Assembly: GCA_963741475.1 (NCBI GenBank)
Contig: CAVUHZ010000012.1
Location: 62,019-126,018, forward strand
Direction of reading: 5' to 3'
Length of the DNA: 64,000 nucleotides
From: an uncultured Methanobacteriaceae archaeon
GTDB taxonomy: Archaea > Methanobacteriota > Methanobacteria > Methanobacteriales > Methanobacteriaceae
The notes below the pieces were generated by a model, which saw only the letters and a program-made list of their open reading frames with translations, did no database searches and was not told the origin of the DNA. Position 1 is the stretch's first letter; every line of letters starts with the position of its first letter. Made by a program: the position numbers and the translations under genes. Of this stretch, positions 49,146 through 61,130 are shown in pieces.

Positions 49146-49577
49146 TTAATATTTTAAAAGTACCCTGTTAAGTTCACGGCCCTTTGGACATTTTTCTCGT
49201 GGCTTTCCCATGTTCCTTACTATCTTGCACTTGTCTTCCCTGTAAAGGCCTTCTGGAAAGCACATGTCCCTGAGTGAACACTTTTCTTCACACTCTGGAG
49301 GGTTGAAAACAATTTTTGAACCTTCAAATGATTTGTTCGAATCTATAAGTCCCCTCACATATGCATTATCAACTTCTACAACCTTTACCATACCACCTTC
49401 ATGAATGGGGCATGGCTGTTCCCCTTTTTTAACATTCTTAATAATGTACATCCTTCCCACTTCAAGGCTGTCTATACATGTACTTTTAAATCTACATGAT
49501 TCGCATTCGGATGATGCTCCGTAATGCATAAATTTCAATCCTTTATTTGCAAGGCTTTTGCCTATAAGCGTTATCAT
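49146..49577 (-). CDS. UPF0179 family archaeal protein
   Basis: 143 aa. Contains [13 protein letters not shown]...[11 protein letters not shown]... with a conserved Cys pattern. Recognised from memory of the family N-terminus. Confidence 0.6.
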   Translation of the reverse strand: MITLIGKSLANKGLKFMHYGASSECESCRFKSTCIDSLEVGRMYIIKNVKKGEQPCPIHEGGMVKVVEVDNAYVRGLIDSNKSFEGSKIVFNPPECEEKCSLRDMCFPEGLYREDKCKIVRNMGKPREKCPKGRELNRVLLKY

Positions 49578-49797
49578 TATATCACCTGTAATTGGGTTTT
49601 TAATCCCATTTTTGAATATTGTTAGATAAATAAATCGAAATAAATTTCATTGAATTATAAAAAATATTCCATTAAGATTCTGTATATCCTTAAGATTATA
49701 TAAATTCTATTTTAATTTTTTATGTAACAAAATAATTGAAATTTTTGCGATCTTTAATCTTGTCTAAAAAAAAATTTTATAAAAAAATCTTTTAAAT

Positions 49798-50841
49798 TTA
49801 TATTACACCAGTTTTTACTGCCAAACTCTCTGCTGCTTCCTCTGTAAGTCCCCTATCTCCTAAAATGGTGTATCTCTCGCTTCGAATGGTATGGGCAATT
49901 TTTAAGGCTTCTATAATATATTCGGGTTCAATACCCATTTCCTTGGCTGTTGTAGGTGCTTTTATCATTTTGAGTGTGTCTCTTATGAACTTCCAGTCCC
50001 CACCATGGAGGAACATCATCATAATGGTACCCACTCCACACTGTTCTCCATGGAGAGCCGGTTTAGGAGCTATTAAATCAAGTGCATGGCTGAATTTGTG
50101 TTCCGATCCACTTGCAGGCCGGCTGGAACCTGCAATGCTGATGGCTATACCGCTGCTTATAAGGGCCTTAACAACCAGACCTGCACTTTCTGTTAAACCC
50201 TCCTTAATAGCATCTGCAGATTTAATAGTCATTTTAGCCGTCATCATAGATAGTGCTGCAGCTGAATCACTATAATCTACATTCAAGAGTCTGTGAGCCA
50301 GTTTCCAGTCGAGTATGGCTGTGTAGTTGGACACTATATCCCCACACCCTGCAGCAAGCAGTTTAAAGGGAGCCAGACTTATGACCTTGGTATCTGCAAT
50401 TACTCCTATTGGAGGTTCTGACTTCAAAGAAACGCTTCCCCCTTCATTTTTTATTGAAGCCCTTGGAGATGCTATCCCATCGTGAGAAGCTGCAGTGGGA
50501 ACGCTTATGAAGTTAACAGCAGATCTTGTTGATGCCAGTTTGGCAACGTCTATGACCTTTCCACCTCCAACACCTAAAACCAATGAACAGTTCTTAATAC
50601 TTTCCTGCACTTCAATAACAGAATCCTTGGAAGCATGGTTTATGGTTATATTATCAACATCAAATCCTTCGTTCTGGAGACTTTCAATGGCAGATTCCCC
50701 TGCTATTTTGAGTGTATTAGGTCCTGTAACAACCATTACTTTACCCTCAAGCCTCATATTTCTGCAAATAGTTCCTGTTTCTTCAATTATCCCTGCTCCA
50801 GTATGAATCTCCCTAGGCAGCTGAATCTTTCTAACATCCAT
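49798..50841 (-). CDS. egsA: sn-glycerol-1-phosphate dehydrogenase
   Basis: 347 aa, Fe-ADH-like fold, with [21 protein letters not shown] and HGEQCGVG motifs. An archaeal lipid-backbone enzyme. Confidence 0.9.
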   Translation of the reverse strand: MDVRKIQLPREIHTGAGIIEETGTICRNMRLEGKVMVVTGPNTLKIAGESAIESLQNEGFDVDNITINHASKDSVIEVQESIKNCSLVLGVGGGKVIDVAKLASTRSAVNFISVPTAASHDGIASPRASIKNEGGSVSLKSEPPIGVIADTKVISLAPFKLLAAGCGDIVSNYTAILDWKLAHRLLNVDYSDSAAALSMMTAKMTIKSADAIKEGLTESAGLVVKALISSGIAISIAGSSRPASGSEHKFSHALDLIAPKPALHGEQCGVGTIMMMFLHGGDWKFIRDTLKMIKAPTTAKEMGIEPEYIIEALKIAHTIRSERYTILGDRGLTEEAAESLAVKTGVI

Positions 50842-51293
50842 GTTATCGCTAACTCCCTCTTTTATTATCTAAAACTGCTAGTGAAAAAAATTATTATTTT
50901 ATTATCATCCATTGAATATTCCAATTTTTAATCAGCTGGGATCCAATTATCTAAATGTAAAAATCTCAAGTGTAGTATTAAATAATGGAAATTATAAGTA
51001 TTCATGTAGATATTAATTTATTAATATTAAAATCCTTGTAATGAATATAACGTATGCATTGCTTTTTAAGAAAATTATAAAAAAGAATACATTTAAAATT
51101 TAATAACTTCAAAGTTCCAGTTATAGTATGATATAGAATATTTAGATGTTTAAAATATTTAAAATTAGGAATACACTACTTTAATCTGTTCTGTGTTTAA
51201 ATTATGTAAAATAATTATTTATTCCCGATTGAAGGATTTATAAAATATGTAATGAATGTTAGGATTATTTGATTAAAAATTACGGGTGAATAA

Positions 51294-52703
51294 ATGTCAG
51301 AATTCAGCGAATGGTTCCACAATATCCTTGAAGAAGCAGAGATAATCGATACCAGATACCCAGTTAAGGGAATGCATGTATGGCTTCCCCAGGGATTTAA
51401 AATAAGAAAACACACCCTCAATATATTGAAAGAAATATTAGACGAGGACCATGAAGAAGTTTTATTCCCTCTTTTAATTCCTGAAGACGAACTTGCAAAG
51501 GAAGCAATACATGTTAAGGGATTTGAAGAGGAAGTTTACTGGATAACCCACGGCGGTCTAACCGAGCTTAATAAAAAGCTTGCATTAAGACCAACAAGTG
51601 AAACTGCCATGTATCCAATGTTTTCACTGTGGGTGAGAAATCACGCAGATCTTCCAATGAAATTTTACCAGGTTGTAAACACCTTCAGATACGAAACCAA
51701 ACATACAAGACCTCTCATAAGGGTCAGGGAAATAACAACATTTAAGGAAGCCCACACAGTCCATGCAACAGCTGAAGAAACAGAAAACCAGGTTCAGGAT
51801 GCTGTTAAAATCTATAAAAAATTCTTTGACATGTTGGGAATACCTTACACAGTTAGCAAACGTCCAGAATGGGACAAGTTTCCAGGTGCCGAGTACACTG
51901 TTGCATTCGACACCATAATGCCCGATGGTAAAACACTTCAGATAGGAACAGTGCACAACCTGGGACAGACCTTTGCAAAGACCTTTGACATAACATACGA
52001 AACAGCCACAGGTGAACATGAATATGTATATCAAACCTGTTACGGACTGTCCGACAGGATTATAGCATCGGTTATTGGCATACACGGAGATAAATCAGGA
52101 CTCTGCATGCCTCCAGCTATTGCACCTTATCAGGTTGTAATTGTCCCAATTATCTTCAAAAAAGGCGCAGAAGAAGTATTAGATTTCTGCAGAAACCTCG
52201 AAGATAAGTTGAGACGTGAAGCCAATTTAAGGGTTTACTTTGATGACAGAGACATAAGAGCAGGTAAAAAGTACTACGAGTGGGAAATGAGAGGAATTCC
52301 ACTTAGAATAGAAGTAGGACCAAGGGACCTTGAAAACAAGAAAGTTGTAACCTTCAGAAGGGACTCTCAAGAAAAGGAGATAATAGACTACAATCCCGAT
52401 GCAATATCCGAAAATGTGAATGAAATTCTGGACAATATAAGCCTTAAAATGAAAGATAAGGCATGGAAATCCTTTGAAAACAGTATTCGAAGCGTTGATT
52501 CCATTGATGAAGCTGCTGAGGAAATGTCCAAGGAAGGAGGAATAATCACCTTTGACTGGTGCGGTGACCAGGAATGTGGAAAGGATATAGAGGAAAAGGT
52601 GAGGGTAGATATTCTGGGTGTACAAGAATCTGATAAAGAAAATTCATGCATTAACTGTGATAAACCTTCAAAACACCTTACACTAATAGCTAAAACCTAT
52701 TGA
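51294..52703 (+). CDS. proS: Prolyl-tRNA synthetase (archaeal type)
   Basis: Contains [22 protein letters not shown], class II motifs ([12 protein letters not shown]) and the terminal ...KTY. Confidence 0.95.
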   Translation: MSEFSEWFHNILEEAEIIDTRYPVKGMHVWLPQGFKIRKHTLNILKEILDEDHEEVLFPLLIPEDELAKEAIHVKGFEEEVYWITHGGLTELNKKLALRPTSETAMYPMFSLWVRNHADLPMKFYQVVNTFRYETKHTRPLIRVREITTFKEAHTVHATAEETENQVQDAVKIYKKFFDMLGIPYTVSKRPEWDKFPGAEYTVAFDTIMPDGKTLQIGTVHNLGQTFAKTFDITYETATGEHEYVYQTCYGLSDRIIASVIGIHGDKSGLCMPPAIAPYQVVIVPIIFKKGAEEVLDFCRNLEDKLRREANLRVYFDDRDIRAGKKYYEWEMRGIPLRIEVGPRDLENKKVVTFRRDSQEKEIIDYNPDAISENVNEILDNISLKMKDKAWKSFENSIRSVDSIDEAAEEMSKEGGIITFDWCGDQECGKDIEEKVRVDILGVQESDKENSCINCDKPSKHLTLIAKTY

Positions 52704-52714
52704 GGAGGTATTGG

Positions 52715-53398
52715 ATGAGTATAAGACTGGTATTTATAATATTTCTAATCGTTGCCTTTGCAGCAGGAACAGGATTTGTAAGTTATTCCCAGTCAACTGG
52801 AATAACTCTAAAACAGGCATATGATACTGGAAATGTGGTACTAACCCAAAATACCAGTGCAGGAACTGTACCTCATCAGGTTAACCTTGTTAACAGTGGA
52901 AATGATCCGGTAAAGGTTAAAGTTGGAGATATTCTTGTTGCAAATTCTTCACAGGACCTTGTGGTGGCCGAAAACAGGACTGTGGAAAAAAATTCCACGG
53001 TTTCGGTAATGGCCTACTGTATAGAACCATCTGAACGAGCAGTTTCTGGAACCAAATTCACAGTTGGTAACCCTGCTCCCGATGCTGTGAAGGAAATAAT
53101 ATATGGTTCAAATCCTAAAGACATTGCAAATGCAACGGGTGCACAAGTTCAAATATGGATACTTGCATCCGGTAACAACCTGAACATCTACAGTGGAGAA
53201 CCAGTTGCAATGGTTGAAAACCAGAACCTTACCTATACACAACTAAGACAGATGGTTGCAGATGGAAAAACAATTATATCCACCAGATACAATGTTGGAG
53301 TTGAAGAAATTAAAAATTTAAACTTGAATGAAACATCCAATTCTAGCGGTGTTATAAATGGATTTTTAAGCTGGTTAAAAACAACAACCGGGATATGA
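52715..53398 (+). CDS. Secreted/anchored hypothetical protein rich in N-x-S/T sequons
   Basis: ATG at 52715 lies 6 nt after GGAGG, which overlaps the proS stop. The signal anchor is IRLVFIIFLIVAFAAGTG. There are at least eight NxS/T sequons. Confidence 0.45.
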   Translation: MSIRLVFIIFLIVAFAAGTGFVSYSQSTGITLKQAYDTGNVVLTQNTSAGTVPHQVNLVNSGNDPVKVKVGDILVANSSQDLVVAENRTVEKNSTVSVMAYCIEPSERAVSGTKFTVGNPAPDAVKEIIYGSNPKDIANATGAQVQIWILASGNNLNIYSGEPVAMVENQNLTYTQLRQMVADGKTIISTRYNVGVEEIKNLNLNETSNSSGVINGFLSWLKTTTGI

Positions 53399-53439
53399 AT
53401 AAAATTAGAAAAAATTGAACATCTCAATGAGTCAGTAAC

Positions 53440-54120
53440 ATGAAAAAAACAACTGCAATCATACCTGTATCTAGATTTACACATGCAAAAACTAGACTTT
53501 CACCAACTTTAACACCATTAGAAAGAGAAAATCTTTTAAAAGCCATGTTGAAGGATGTTATAGGAGTTTTAAAGCAGAAAATTGACAAAATTATCGTGAT
53601 AAGCTCAGATGAAGATGTTCTTAAATATGTTGAGGATATGGACGTTGTTTCCCTAGTAGAGAAGGGTGAAACAGATCTAAACGGAGCCTTGATGCAGGCA
53701 GTTAACTGGTGTTCTGAACATTCTGACCAGGTTTTTATAGTACCTTCAGATGTTCCACTCATTAGGGTTGAACATGTGGAGAACATTCTTAAAATGGGTG
53801 AAACTGCAGATCTTGTTATTGCCCCTGCAAAGGGTGGAGGTACCAATGCTCTTCTGTGCCCTGTTAATGGAGTGGAAATGAAATTTGGGGAGTGCAGTTT
53901 TTTTGAACATATAAAAGAGGCTGAATCAAAAAATTGGCCACATGCTGTTTACGATTCATTTTACATGTCCATGGATGTTAACACAGCAGAGGATTTAGGT
54001 GAGATCATGCTTCATGGAACAGGCACAGAAACCAGGAATTTTTTAAGGGCATCGGGTCTTGAAGTACAGGTTAATCACGGTAAAGAACGTCTGCACATTA
54101 AAAGGGAGCCATTAAAATGA
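53440..54120 (+). CDS. cofC: 2-phospho-L-lactate guanylyltransferase
   Basis: Contains [18 protein letters not shown]...ER, and later PSDVPL and GGGTNAL motifs. Confidence 0.8.
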   Translation: MKKTTAIIPVSRFTHAKTRLSPTLTPLERENLLKAMLKDVIGVLKQKIDKIIVISSDEDVLKYVEDMDVVSLVEKGETDLNGALMQAVNWCSEHSDQVFIVPSDVPLIRVEHVENILKMGETADLVIAPAKGGGTNALLCPVNGVEMKFGECSFFEHIKEAESKNWPHAVYDSFYMSMDVNTAEDLGEIMLHGTGTETRNFLRASGLEVQVNHGKERLHIKREPLK

Positions 54121-54869
54121 TAGCAATGACCATTGCAGGTTTCGATCCTTCCGGTGGTGCAGGCATATTAAATGACATTAAAACATTTCATGCTCTTGGA
54201 ATTTATGGTACTGCTGTAGTATCTGCACTCACTGCACAGAATCCCAGTAGGGTTGAGGCTATTGAACCTGTTTCAACCGATTTCATTGAAAAACAGATGG
54301 ACACTGTACTCGAAGATTACAGTATTAAATATGCAAAAACAGGAATGCTCTACAGTGCCGAAAATGTGAAAGTTGTAGCTGAAAAGGTTGTTTTTCATGA
54401 TCTCAATATTGTGGTGGACCCTGTGATGGTTGCAGGTTCAGGAGGATCTCTTTCAATTGGGGGTTATGCAGAGTCTTTAAAAAAATATTTACTACCCCAA
54501 GCCACCCTTGTGACACCTAATATAAGCGAAGCAGAGCAGCTTTCTGGAATCAAAATTCATAGTACGGACGATGCAGTTGAAGCTGCCATTGAGATTGGAA
54601 AGATATGCGATGTAGTTGTAACAGGAGGACATCTAAATGGTAGTAACGTGTTCTTTGACGGGTCTGTTAAGGTTATAGGAGGAGAACTTGTCGAGAGCAG
54701 AAACACCCATGGGACTGGATGCTCCTTTTCTGCAGCAGTAACAGCAGGACTTGTGAAGGGATGTAGTATGTTAGAATCAATTGAAATGGCTGTTGAATTT
54801 GTGAAAGAAGGGATTGTTTATGGAGAATGGGGCACACTAAATCAGTTCCATAAATTCAAATCATCATAA
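54117..54869 (+). CDS. thiD: Hydroxymethylpyrimidine/phosphomethylpyrimidine kinase (ThiD family)
   Basis: Contains [33 protein letters not shown] and [11 protein letters not shown]. Overlaps cofC by 4 nt (ATGA). Confidence 0.8.
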   Translation: MIAMTIAGFDPSGGAGILNDIKTFHALGIYGTAVVSALTAQNPSRVEAIEPVSTDFIEKQMDTVLEDYSIKYAKTGMLYSAENVKVVAEKVVFHDLNIVVDPVMVAGSGGSLSIGGYAESLKKYLLPQATLVTPNISEAEQLSGIKIHSTDDAVEAAIEIGKICDVVVTGGHLNGSNVFFDGSVKVIGGELVESRNTHGTGCSFSAAVTAGLVKGCSMLESIEMAVEFVKEGIVYGEWGTLNQFHKFKSS

Positions 54870-54923
54870 TCTCCATTATAATTAAAGTAACGAACAATTA
54901 TCATGATAATTTGAGGTGGTAAA

Positions 54924-55862
54924 GTGGTTTCTAATGAAGAGATAAAACGAATGCTTGAAGCTAGAAGAAAGGGAGTTGACATTAAAAGGGAGAAAAAAGA
55001 ATCTGAGAATTTTAAGATCTGCCCACACTGTAAAACCAAAAATCCCGAAAAGGCAGTTTTCTGTGTTAACTGTGGGAAAAAACTGGATAAAAAATTGAAG
55101 GTAACATGCCCATCCTGCGGTACAGAAAACCAAGAGGATGCCAAATTCTGCGTTGGATGCGGAGAAAACCTGAAAAAGGATATTAAAGAAGTATCAGATG
55201 TAGATGTTGAAACCAAAAAACTAGAATCAGAACAAGTTGAAAAAACAACACCAAAATCTGTGAGTTCAGAATTAATTGAAGAAAGTGTTCCAGAAACAGA
55301 AACAACTGAATCTAAAGCATCTGAATTGAAAAAAATTGAATCTGATGCTCCTGAGAAATCTGTACCAAAATCAGGTGTTCCATCATCGGTTCCTGAACAT
55401 GGATTAATCAATAAGACAGGTTTAAAGAAGGTTTGCCCAGCTTGCAAGGGTAAAAATCTTAAAAATGCCAAGTTCTGTGTTGTTTGCGGTGAAAAGTTTG
55501 ATGAATCTGCAGATTCCGAAGTTGAAGAAAAATCTGAAGAATATATAAAACCATCCCTGATGGATAAGGTAAATACAGGAGAGAAACCAGATACAGAAAC
55601 TTCTAAAAAAGTTCCTGCAGAAATTAAAGTTCCACAAAGCATAATTGAACTTAAAAATAAGGCAAAAGAAGAAGAATTGGATGATGAAAAAGGTGTTGCT
55701 GACACGGTTTTACTTGATGAAACCGATGTTGCAGAACATGAAAGAGTAGAAAATGTTGATCCAGTTGAAAAAATAAAAAAAGCCAAAGAGCTTCTTGATA
55801 TGGACGCAATATCTCCTGAAGAATTTGAGAACATCAAGAAGAAATACCTGGACAAGATATAG
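54924..55862 (+). CDS. Acidic protein with three zinc-ribbon repeats and a C-terminal SHOCT-like motif
   Basis: The ribbons are CPHCKTKNPEKAVFCVNCGKKL, CPSCGTENQEDAKFCVGCGENL and CPACKGKNLKNAKFCVVCGEKF. The tail is LLDMDAISPEEFENIKKKYLDKI. GTG start after GAGGTGG. Confidence 0.6.
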   Translation: MVSNEEIKRMLEARRKGVDIKREKKESENFKICPHCKTKNPEKAVFCVNCGKKLDKKLKVTCPSCGTENQEDAKFCVGCGENLKKDIKEVSDVDVETKKLESEQVEKTTPKSVSSELIEESVPETETTESKASELKKIESDAPEKSVPKSGVPSSVPEHGLINKTGLKKVCPACKGKNLKNAKFCVVCGEKFDESADSEVEEKSEEYIKPSLMDKVNTGEKPDTETSKKVPAEIKVPQSIIELKNKAKEEELDDEKGVADTVLLDETDVAEHERVENVDPVEKIKKAKELLDMDAISPEEFENIKKKYLDKI

Positions 55863-56003
55863 GATTATTTGATATTTCTGATAGGATGACAACAAAATAA
55901 GATCAAATATGGGAGAGTTCTAATTGTAGATCTCCTCATGGATCTGCTTTTGTTGCTACAATTCATACTTTTTTAAATATAATCTAAAAAAGGTAAAATC
56001 GGA

Positions 56004-56435
56004 TTAAAGACTGTAAACTTCTTTTGAGGACAGTACAGTTATTCCACTATTTTCCAGTGCATCTATACCTGCATCTATGTCTTCTGTTCGGATCACCACA
56101 ATCGCATTTTCACCCTTTTTCTCAACAAATGCGTAGAGATATTCAACGTTAATATCCGATTTGTTAAGTGCTGCCAGTATACTTTCAAGTCCGCCTGGTT
56201 CGTCTGATACACTAACAGCTATAACATCGTTGACCTTTACAACGAAGTTGGCTTCTTCCAGTATTTTCCGGGCCAGTTCTGGTTCAGGAATTATCATCCG
56301 TAAAATACCGAATTCAGATGTATCTGCAATTGAAAGAGCCCTAATATTAATTTCAGCATTTGAGAGTATGTTCAAAGCCTTCCATAACCGACCTTTTCGA
56401 TTTTCAAGAAATATAGATATTTGTTTTAACTTCAT
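56004..56435 (-). CDS. Tandem ACT domain protein
   Basis: 143 aa. [13 protein letters not shown]...GILRMI is followed by a second ACT-like half. Lies downstream of the paaK-like gene, a common pairing. Confidence 0.75.
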   Translation of the reverse strand: MKLKQISIFLENRKGRLWKALNILSNAEINIRALSIADTSEFGILRMIIPEPELARKILEEANFVVKVNDVIAVSVSDEPGGLESILAALNKSDINVEYLYAFVEKKGENAIVVIRTEDIDAGIDALENSGITVLSSKEVYSL

Positions 56436-56497
56436 TCTATCCCTCTTACATTAGTAAATAATCCAAAATCTGTTCCCCACGAATCAAATCATTTCTT

Positions 56498-57796
56498 TTA
56501 GATATTTCTTCGGTCAATAACCCTCACAGCTTTACCTTCACTTCTTGGCAGACTCTTGGGTTCAACCAGGGATATATTAACACGTAATCCAATTTCATTG
56601 TGTATTTTGTTTTCAATATTCTTTTTGATCTCTTCGACGTGTTTTACTTCGTCTGAAAATAGGGCTGGTGATGTTTCTACTTGAACTTCGATCTCGTCGA
56701 GATGATGCGGCCTTGTAACTATGATCTGGTACTGTGGTTCTAGTCCTTTTATTTTCAGAAGAGCCTTCTCGATCTGGGAGGGGAATACAATAACTCCCCT
56801 AATTTTTAGCATATCATCACTTCTACCGGTTATGCGGTCCATTTTGACCTGGGTTCTTCCGCATTCACATACTCCCCTGTTGAGGGCCGTTATGTCCCTT
56901 GTACGGAATCTTATAACGGGCATTCCCTCTCTTGTTAGGGTTGTGAGCACCAGTTCTCCATTTTCACCGTCTGGTAATTGTTTCAGGGTTTTTGGATCGA
57001 TTATTTCGGGGTAGAAATGATCTTCAAATATGTGAAGCCCAGTTTTAACAGGGCACTCCATTGCTACTCCTGGACCTATGATTTCGGTTAAACCGTATAT
57101 ATTCTGGGCCGAAATATTCAGCCTCTTTTCAAGTTCATACCTCATTTCTTCGGTCCACATTTCTGCTCCGAAGCAGCCTGACTTTAATTTGAGTTTTTCA
57201 GTGTCTATTCCCTCGTTTTCAGCAACCTCTGCCAGGTACAAACCATAGGAAGGAGTGCACGTTAGAACAGTTGTTTCAAAGTCCTGCATGATCTCTAGCT
57301 GTCTCATGGTATTTCCGGCAGATATTGGTATAACCGTGGCTCCTATCTTCTGACCGCCGTAGTGTACTCCCATTCCACCTGTGAAAAGACCGTAACCATA
57401 ACTGTTCTGTATTCTATCATTTTTACGAACACCCGTCATTGTCAGGGCCCTTGCCATTACCTCTCCCCAGATGTCAAGGTCATCCTCTGTGTAACCAGAA
57501 ACAGTTGGTTTTCCAGTTGTTCCAGATGTTGTGTGTACCTCTACTATATCCTCTGTTGGAACAGCAAACATTCCAAATGGATATGCATCTCTAAGATCGG
57601 TTTTGCTTGTAAATGGAAGTTTTTCAATGTCATCCAGTGTTTCGATATCTTCTGGTTCAATTTTTAAATCACTAAACCGCTTATTGTAATAAGGAATGTT
57701 TTCATAGGCCCGTTTTACAACTGCCTGTAATCTTTGAAGCTGTAATTCACCAGTTTCCTCTGCAGACATACATTCTGCCTCTCTATTCCAAATCAT
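56498..57796 (-). CDS. Phenylacetate-CoA ligase family (PaaK / F390-synthetase-like) adenylate-forming enzyme
   Basis: Contains [17 protein letters not shown], the AMP motif [14 protein letters not shown] and [10 protein letters not shown]. Confidence 0.85.
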   Translation of the reverse strand: MIWNREAECMSAEETGELQLQRLQAVVKRAYENIPYYNKRFSDLKIEPEDIETLDDIEKLPFTSKTDLRDAYPFGMFAVPTEDIVEVHTTSGTTGKPTVSGYTEDDLDIWGEVMARALTMTGVRKNDRIQNSYGYGLFTGGMGVHYGGQKIGATVIPISAGNTMRQLEIMQDFETTVLTCTPSYGLYLAEVAENEGIDTEKLKLKSGCFGAEMWTEEMRYELEKRLNISAQNIYGLTEIIGPGVAMECPVKTGLHIFEDHFYPEIIDPKTLKQLPDGENGELVLTTLTREGMPVIRFRTRDITALNRGVCECGRTQVKMDRITGRSDDMLKIRGVIVFPSQIEKALLKIKGLEPQYQIIVTRPHHLDEIEVQVETSPALFSDEVKHVEEIKKNIENKIHNEIGLRVNISLVEPKSLPRSEGKAVRVIDRRNI

Positions 57797-58115
57797 TGTA
57801 TCCTCCCAACAAATTATTTATGGATCGTTAATAAAAAAGATTTATTCAATTTTAGTATTAATAGTAAATCTAGTTAAAGATTACTATAAGAATTTTTTGC
57901 CTTCACGCTATAATAAAATTTGATTTAAATATTTTAAAACGGCTAAAAGTATTCAATACTCAATAAAATTTATTAGAATAGGGTTTGCGTACCGGAATAT
58001 TATTTTTATTATATTGAGATAATTTTTTATTAAAAAAAGTACATAGATTAACCTAGGATTTAATTGAATTTCAGTAAAAGAAATATGAGTTAAAGTTTAA
58101 GGAGGGGTTTAAGGC

Positions 58116-58283
58116 ATGGATAAATACAGATGTGGAGTATGTGGTTACACGTACGATCCTGAAAGGGGTGAACCAAGAAAAAACACAGCTCCTGGCACAG
58201 CCTTTGAAGATCTGCCAGATCTATGGTCCTGTCCATCGTGTGGTGCTGGTAAAATCAGATTCAGAATAACGAAAAGACCGTAG
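58116..58283 (+). CDS. Rubredoxin
   Basis: 55 aa, below the ORF-track cutoff: [20 protein letters not shown]...[20 protein letters not shown]. An AAGGAGGGG RBS lies 7 nt upstream. Confidence 0.9.
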   Translation: MDKYRCGVCGYTYDPERGEPRKNTAPGTAFEDLPDLWSCPSCGAGKIRFRITKRP

Positions 58284-58369
58284 AAAATATTAATTATTAA
58301 AACGAAATTTTTATTTTTAATATTTTTTTTTGCACTTAAAAAAAAAGAAAATAAGAAAAATATGTCTGT

Positions 58370-58984
58370 TTAAAGTGGTGAACTCAGCCAGACATCTGCT
58401 TTTCTATTTACCTCATCCCAGTTAACTAGTTTCCAGAATGCTTCAATATAATCAGGTCTTCTGTTTTGGTAGTCTAGATAATATGCATGCTCCCACATAT
58501 CAAGAACCAACATTATTCTGAAACCAGGAATTACATTCACGTTGTGCTTTTCGATCTGCATTATGAATATTCTATTCGTTTTCCTGCACAGCGTTAAAAC
58601 TGCCCAGCCAGAACCTTCAACACCAGCTGCTGCCTGTGTGAATTCTTTTTTAAACCTTTCAAAACTGCCGAAATCCCTTTCAATATATTCTGCAATGGTT
58701 CCTGTTGGCTCTCCCCCATTTTTACTTGCAGGGCCCATGTTCTGCCAGAAGTAATTGTGCAGTATAAATCCTCCTACATGAAAGGTTGCTTCCTTTGAAA
58801 CTGCCTTTACATCGAATTCTTCGGAATCTCTGGCATCGAATTTTTTCAAGATCGCATTGGCACCGTCTACATAAGCCTGATGGTGTTTGTCGTGGTGTAA
58901 TTTCAGTTGTTCCTCTGATATGTACGGTTCAAGGTCCTTGTATCCATATGGCAGATCTGGTAGTATGTAAAATTTCTTTTCCAT
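58370..58984 (-). CDS. sod: Fe/Mn superoxide dismutase
   Basis: Contains [16 protein letters not shown] and [18 protein letters not shown]. Lies 39 nt downstream of the peroxiredoxin gene, with its own AGGAGG. Confidence 0.95.
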   Translation of the reverse strand: MEKKFYILPDLPYGYKDLEPYISEEQLKLHHDKHHQAYVDGANAILKKFDARDSEEFDVKAVSKEATFHVGGFILHNYFWQNMGPASKNGGEPTGTIAEYIERDFGSFERFKKEFTQAAAGVEGSGWAVLTLCRKTNRIFIMQIEKHNVNVIPGFRIMLVLDMWEHAYYLDYQNRRPDYIEAFWKLVNWDEVNRKADVWLSSPL

Positions 58985-59023
58985 AGATTACTTCCTCCTT
59001 TCAAATCATAGTTATTCTAATTA

Positions 59024-59659
59024 TTACCATTTGTAGTAGTTTCTGTAGCACAACCACCAGTCAATACACTTATATTTACCTGAACGTTTTTTACCCTCTT
59101 CAATATCAGGTACAGGCGGAATAATTAATCCTTTTCCTATAATTTCATTTTCAGGCCAGTTGGCAGGTATTGCAACATCTTTTTCCTCGATCTGGTTGAA
59201 TCCTTCCACCATTCTGAGAATTTCATCCATGTTACGTCCAAGCTCCTGTGGATAATAAAGTATTGCCCTTATTATTCCCTCTGGATCTACAATGAAAACT
59301 GCCCTTACAGTGTTGGTTGCCTTGGCAGGATGGATCAATCCAAGAGTTTTGGCAACATCACCTGTATCCGCAATTACTGGGAATTCAATTTCAACATCAA
59401 GATTTTCCTTTATCCATTCGATCCATTTGAGATGAGAGAAAACCTGATCAATACTCAGACCTATGAGTTCACAGTTCAAATCCCTGAATTTCTGGTATCT
59501 CTTCTGGAATGCAACGAATTCTGTTGTGCAGACAGGTGTGAAATCTGCAGGGTGGCTGAAAAGTACAAACCATTTACCTTTAAACGCCTTGGGAAGTTTC
59601 ATAATTCCCTTTGTGGTTTGAACCTTCATCTTTGGGAATTCATCCCCAATCAAAGGCAT
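59024..59659 (-). CDS. Peroxiredoxin (Prx6/1-Cys-like, AhpC/TSA family)
   Basis: Contains MPLIGDEFP...[14 protein letters not shown]. The ORF opens with TTG at 59710. I prefer the ATG at 59659 (or 59665), downstream of GAAGGA. Confidence 0.9.
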   Translation of the reverse strand: MPLIGDEFPKMKVQTTKGIMKLPKAFKGKWFVLFSHPADFTPVCTTEFVAFQKRYQKFRDLNCELIGLSIDQVFSHLKWIEWIKENLDVEIEFPVIADTGDVAKTLGLIHPAKATNTVRAVFIVDPEGIIRAILYYPQELGRNMDEILRMVEGFNQIEEKDVAIPANWPENEIIGKGLIIPPVPDIEEGKKRSGKYKCIDWWLCYRNYYKW

Positions 59660-59999
59660 TCCCATTTTTTCCTTCTTCATTTTTTTCACGATGTACACTT
59701 TTTCACCCAAAATAATACACCCCCAATTGTTTAACTGTATTACTTAATAATTATGTAGTTATTTTTATTTAAAAATTTCGTAAATGAAAATAAGGGGTTT
59801 AAATCAATTCAAAGACTTTTTTAAGGAACTTGTATCCAATATTAATGATAAATATGTTCTAAGGATAATGGGGATTTTAAAAAAATAGGAGATATAGGAA
59901 TTTTTAGAACATTATATAGATCATTGGAAAATAAATTGAAGATCAAACTAAAACAGGTATTCAAAAGAAAATAAAAAATTGAAAATAGGTACACTTTTT

Positions 60000-60509
60000 C
60001 TATTTAGTTGGTGCGGGAGGATTGAAAACTCGCTGTCCAAGTTCATTATCCAACATTAAAAGTCCACTTAAAGATTCATTAGCCATTTTAACCTTTTTAA
60101 GTACTCCGCTTGATGATTCTTCTTCTTCGACTTGTTCTGCAACAAACCATTGAAGGAAGTTGTTAGTTGCATGGTCTCCCAGTGATATTGCAAGATTTAC
60201 TAGCTGGTTTATGAGGCCCGTGACCTTCTGTTCGTGTGCGTAAACGTGTTCAAATGCATCAAGAGCAGATTTCCACTCTGTTGGAGGGGATTCGATTCTT
60301 GTGAGTGTTACCCTGTCACCCCTCTGTATGATATAATCATATATCTTCATTGCATGTGACAGTTCTTCTTGTGCCTGAACCCTCATCCAGTTGGCAAATC
60401 CGCTCATGTCCTCAGATTCAAAGTAGGTAGCCATTGACAGATACATGTACGATGAGTACAGTTCTGCATTCAACTGACTGTTAAGTGCCTCAACCATTTT
60501 TTCATCCAT
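60000..60509 (-). CDS. Ferritin (non-haem, Ftn-like)
   Basis: Contains [33 protein letters not shown] and [16 protein letters not shown] at 60509 is preceded by GGAGGG. The longer ORF to 60653 overlaps the rubredoxin gene. Confidence 0.85.
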   Translation of the reverse strand: MDEKMVEALNSQLNAELYSSYMYLSMATYFESEDMSGFANWMRVQAQEELSHAMKIYDYIIQRGDRVTLTRIESPPTEWKSALDAFEHVYAHEQKVTGLINQLVNLAISLGDHATNNFLQWFVAEQVEEEESSSGVLKKVKMANESLSGLLMLDNELGQRVFNPPAPTK

Positions 60510-60579
60510 TATTTTTCCCTCCTGAGGTTTAAAATAAATGTAATAAAAAAATTTAGTATAAAAAAAAATTTGAGATTTT

Positions 60580-60741
60580 TTAGTCTGTTTCTTCGAATAA
60601 CTCTTTTCCAACCCCGCACAATGGGCATATCCAGTCGTCGGGCAGATCTTCAAATGCTGTTCCAGGTGCTATTCCTGCATCCGGGTCTCCTGCTTCAGGG
60701 TCGTATATGTATCCACATGCTGTGCATAGATATTTCTTCAT
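60580..60741 (-). CDS. Rubredoxin
   Basis: 53 aa, not in the ORF track: [53 protein letters not shown]. Confidence 0.9.
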   Translation of the reverse strand: MKKYLCTACGYIYDPEAGDPDAGIAPGTAFEDLPDDWICPLCGVGKELFEETD

Positions 60742-60825
60742 GTTACATCTCCTAAAAATTTTTTTTCTTTAGATTATATCTGAATAACATTTCGATATTT
60801 ATTTTACGATCAAACTTTTTTTAAA

Positions 60826-60984
60826 TTATTTAGGAATGAATCTGTTCATACCTGCACCACACTGAGGGCATGTCCAGTTACTTTTTAAATCTTCAAATGG
60901 AGTTCCTGGAGCAGTGTCTCTTCTGGACTCGCCAGCCTCGGGGTCGTATATATAACCACATACTTTACATTTGTATTTTTTCAT
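60826..60984 (-). CDS. Rubredoxin
   Basis: 52 aa, not in the ORF track: [52 protein letters not shown]. An AGAGGTG RBS lies upstream. Confidence 0.9.
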   Translation of the reverse strand: MKKYKCKVCGYIYDPEAGESRRDTAPGTPFEDLKSNWTCPQCGAGMNRFIPK

Positions 60985-61130
60985 TTAAGAGCACCTCTTT
61001 ATTTTATCATAAAATTATTTTCAATAATATAATTAGATATAATGTTTTTATAGCTTAAATTTTTTTTCTATCCTCTAAGATGGTTGCAGGAACACGGTTC
61101 AAATGAGGGGAATTTTCTTAAAAAAAATGT

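Noticed and set aside
54842-55855. A 337-aa minus-strand ORF almost exactly antisense to the zinc-ribbon/SHOCT gene.
   Set aside because: It is Ser/Phe-rich low complexity with no motifs. It stays open only because the plus strand is purine-rich GAA/AAA coding. The plus-strand product has three clear zinc ribbons and an RBS.
60510-60653. An N-terminal extension of the ferritin ORF ([18 protein letters not shown]...).
   Set aside because: It overlaps a canonical rubredoxin gene on the same strand in another frame. The ATG at 60509 has a GGAGGG RBS and matches the usual ferritin N-terminus.
59711-61130. Redox-regulator (MsvR-type TTCG...CGAA) boxes in the intergenic regions of the oxidative-stress island.
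   Set aside because: Only isolated TTCG half-sites occur (for example near 59786 and 60793), with no properly spaced partner.
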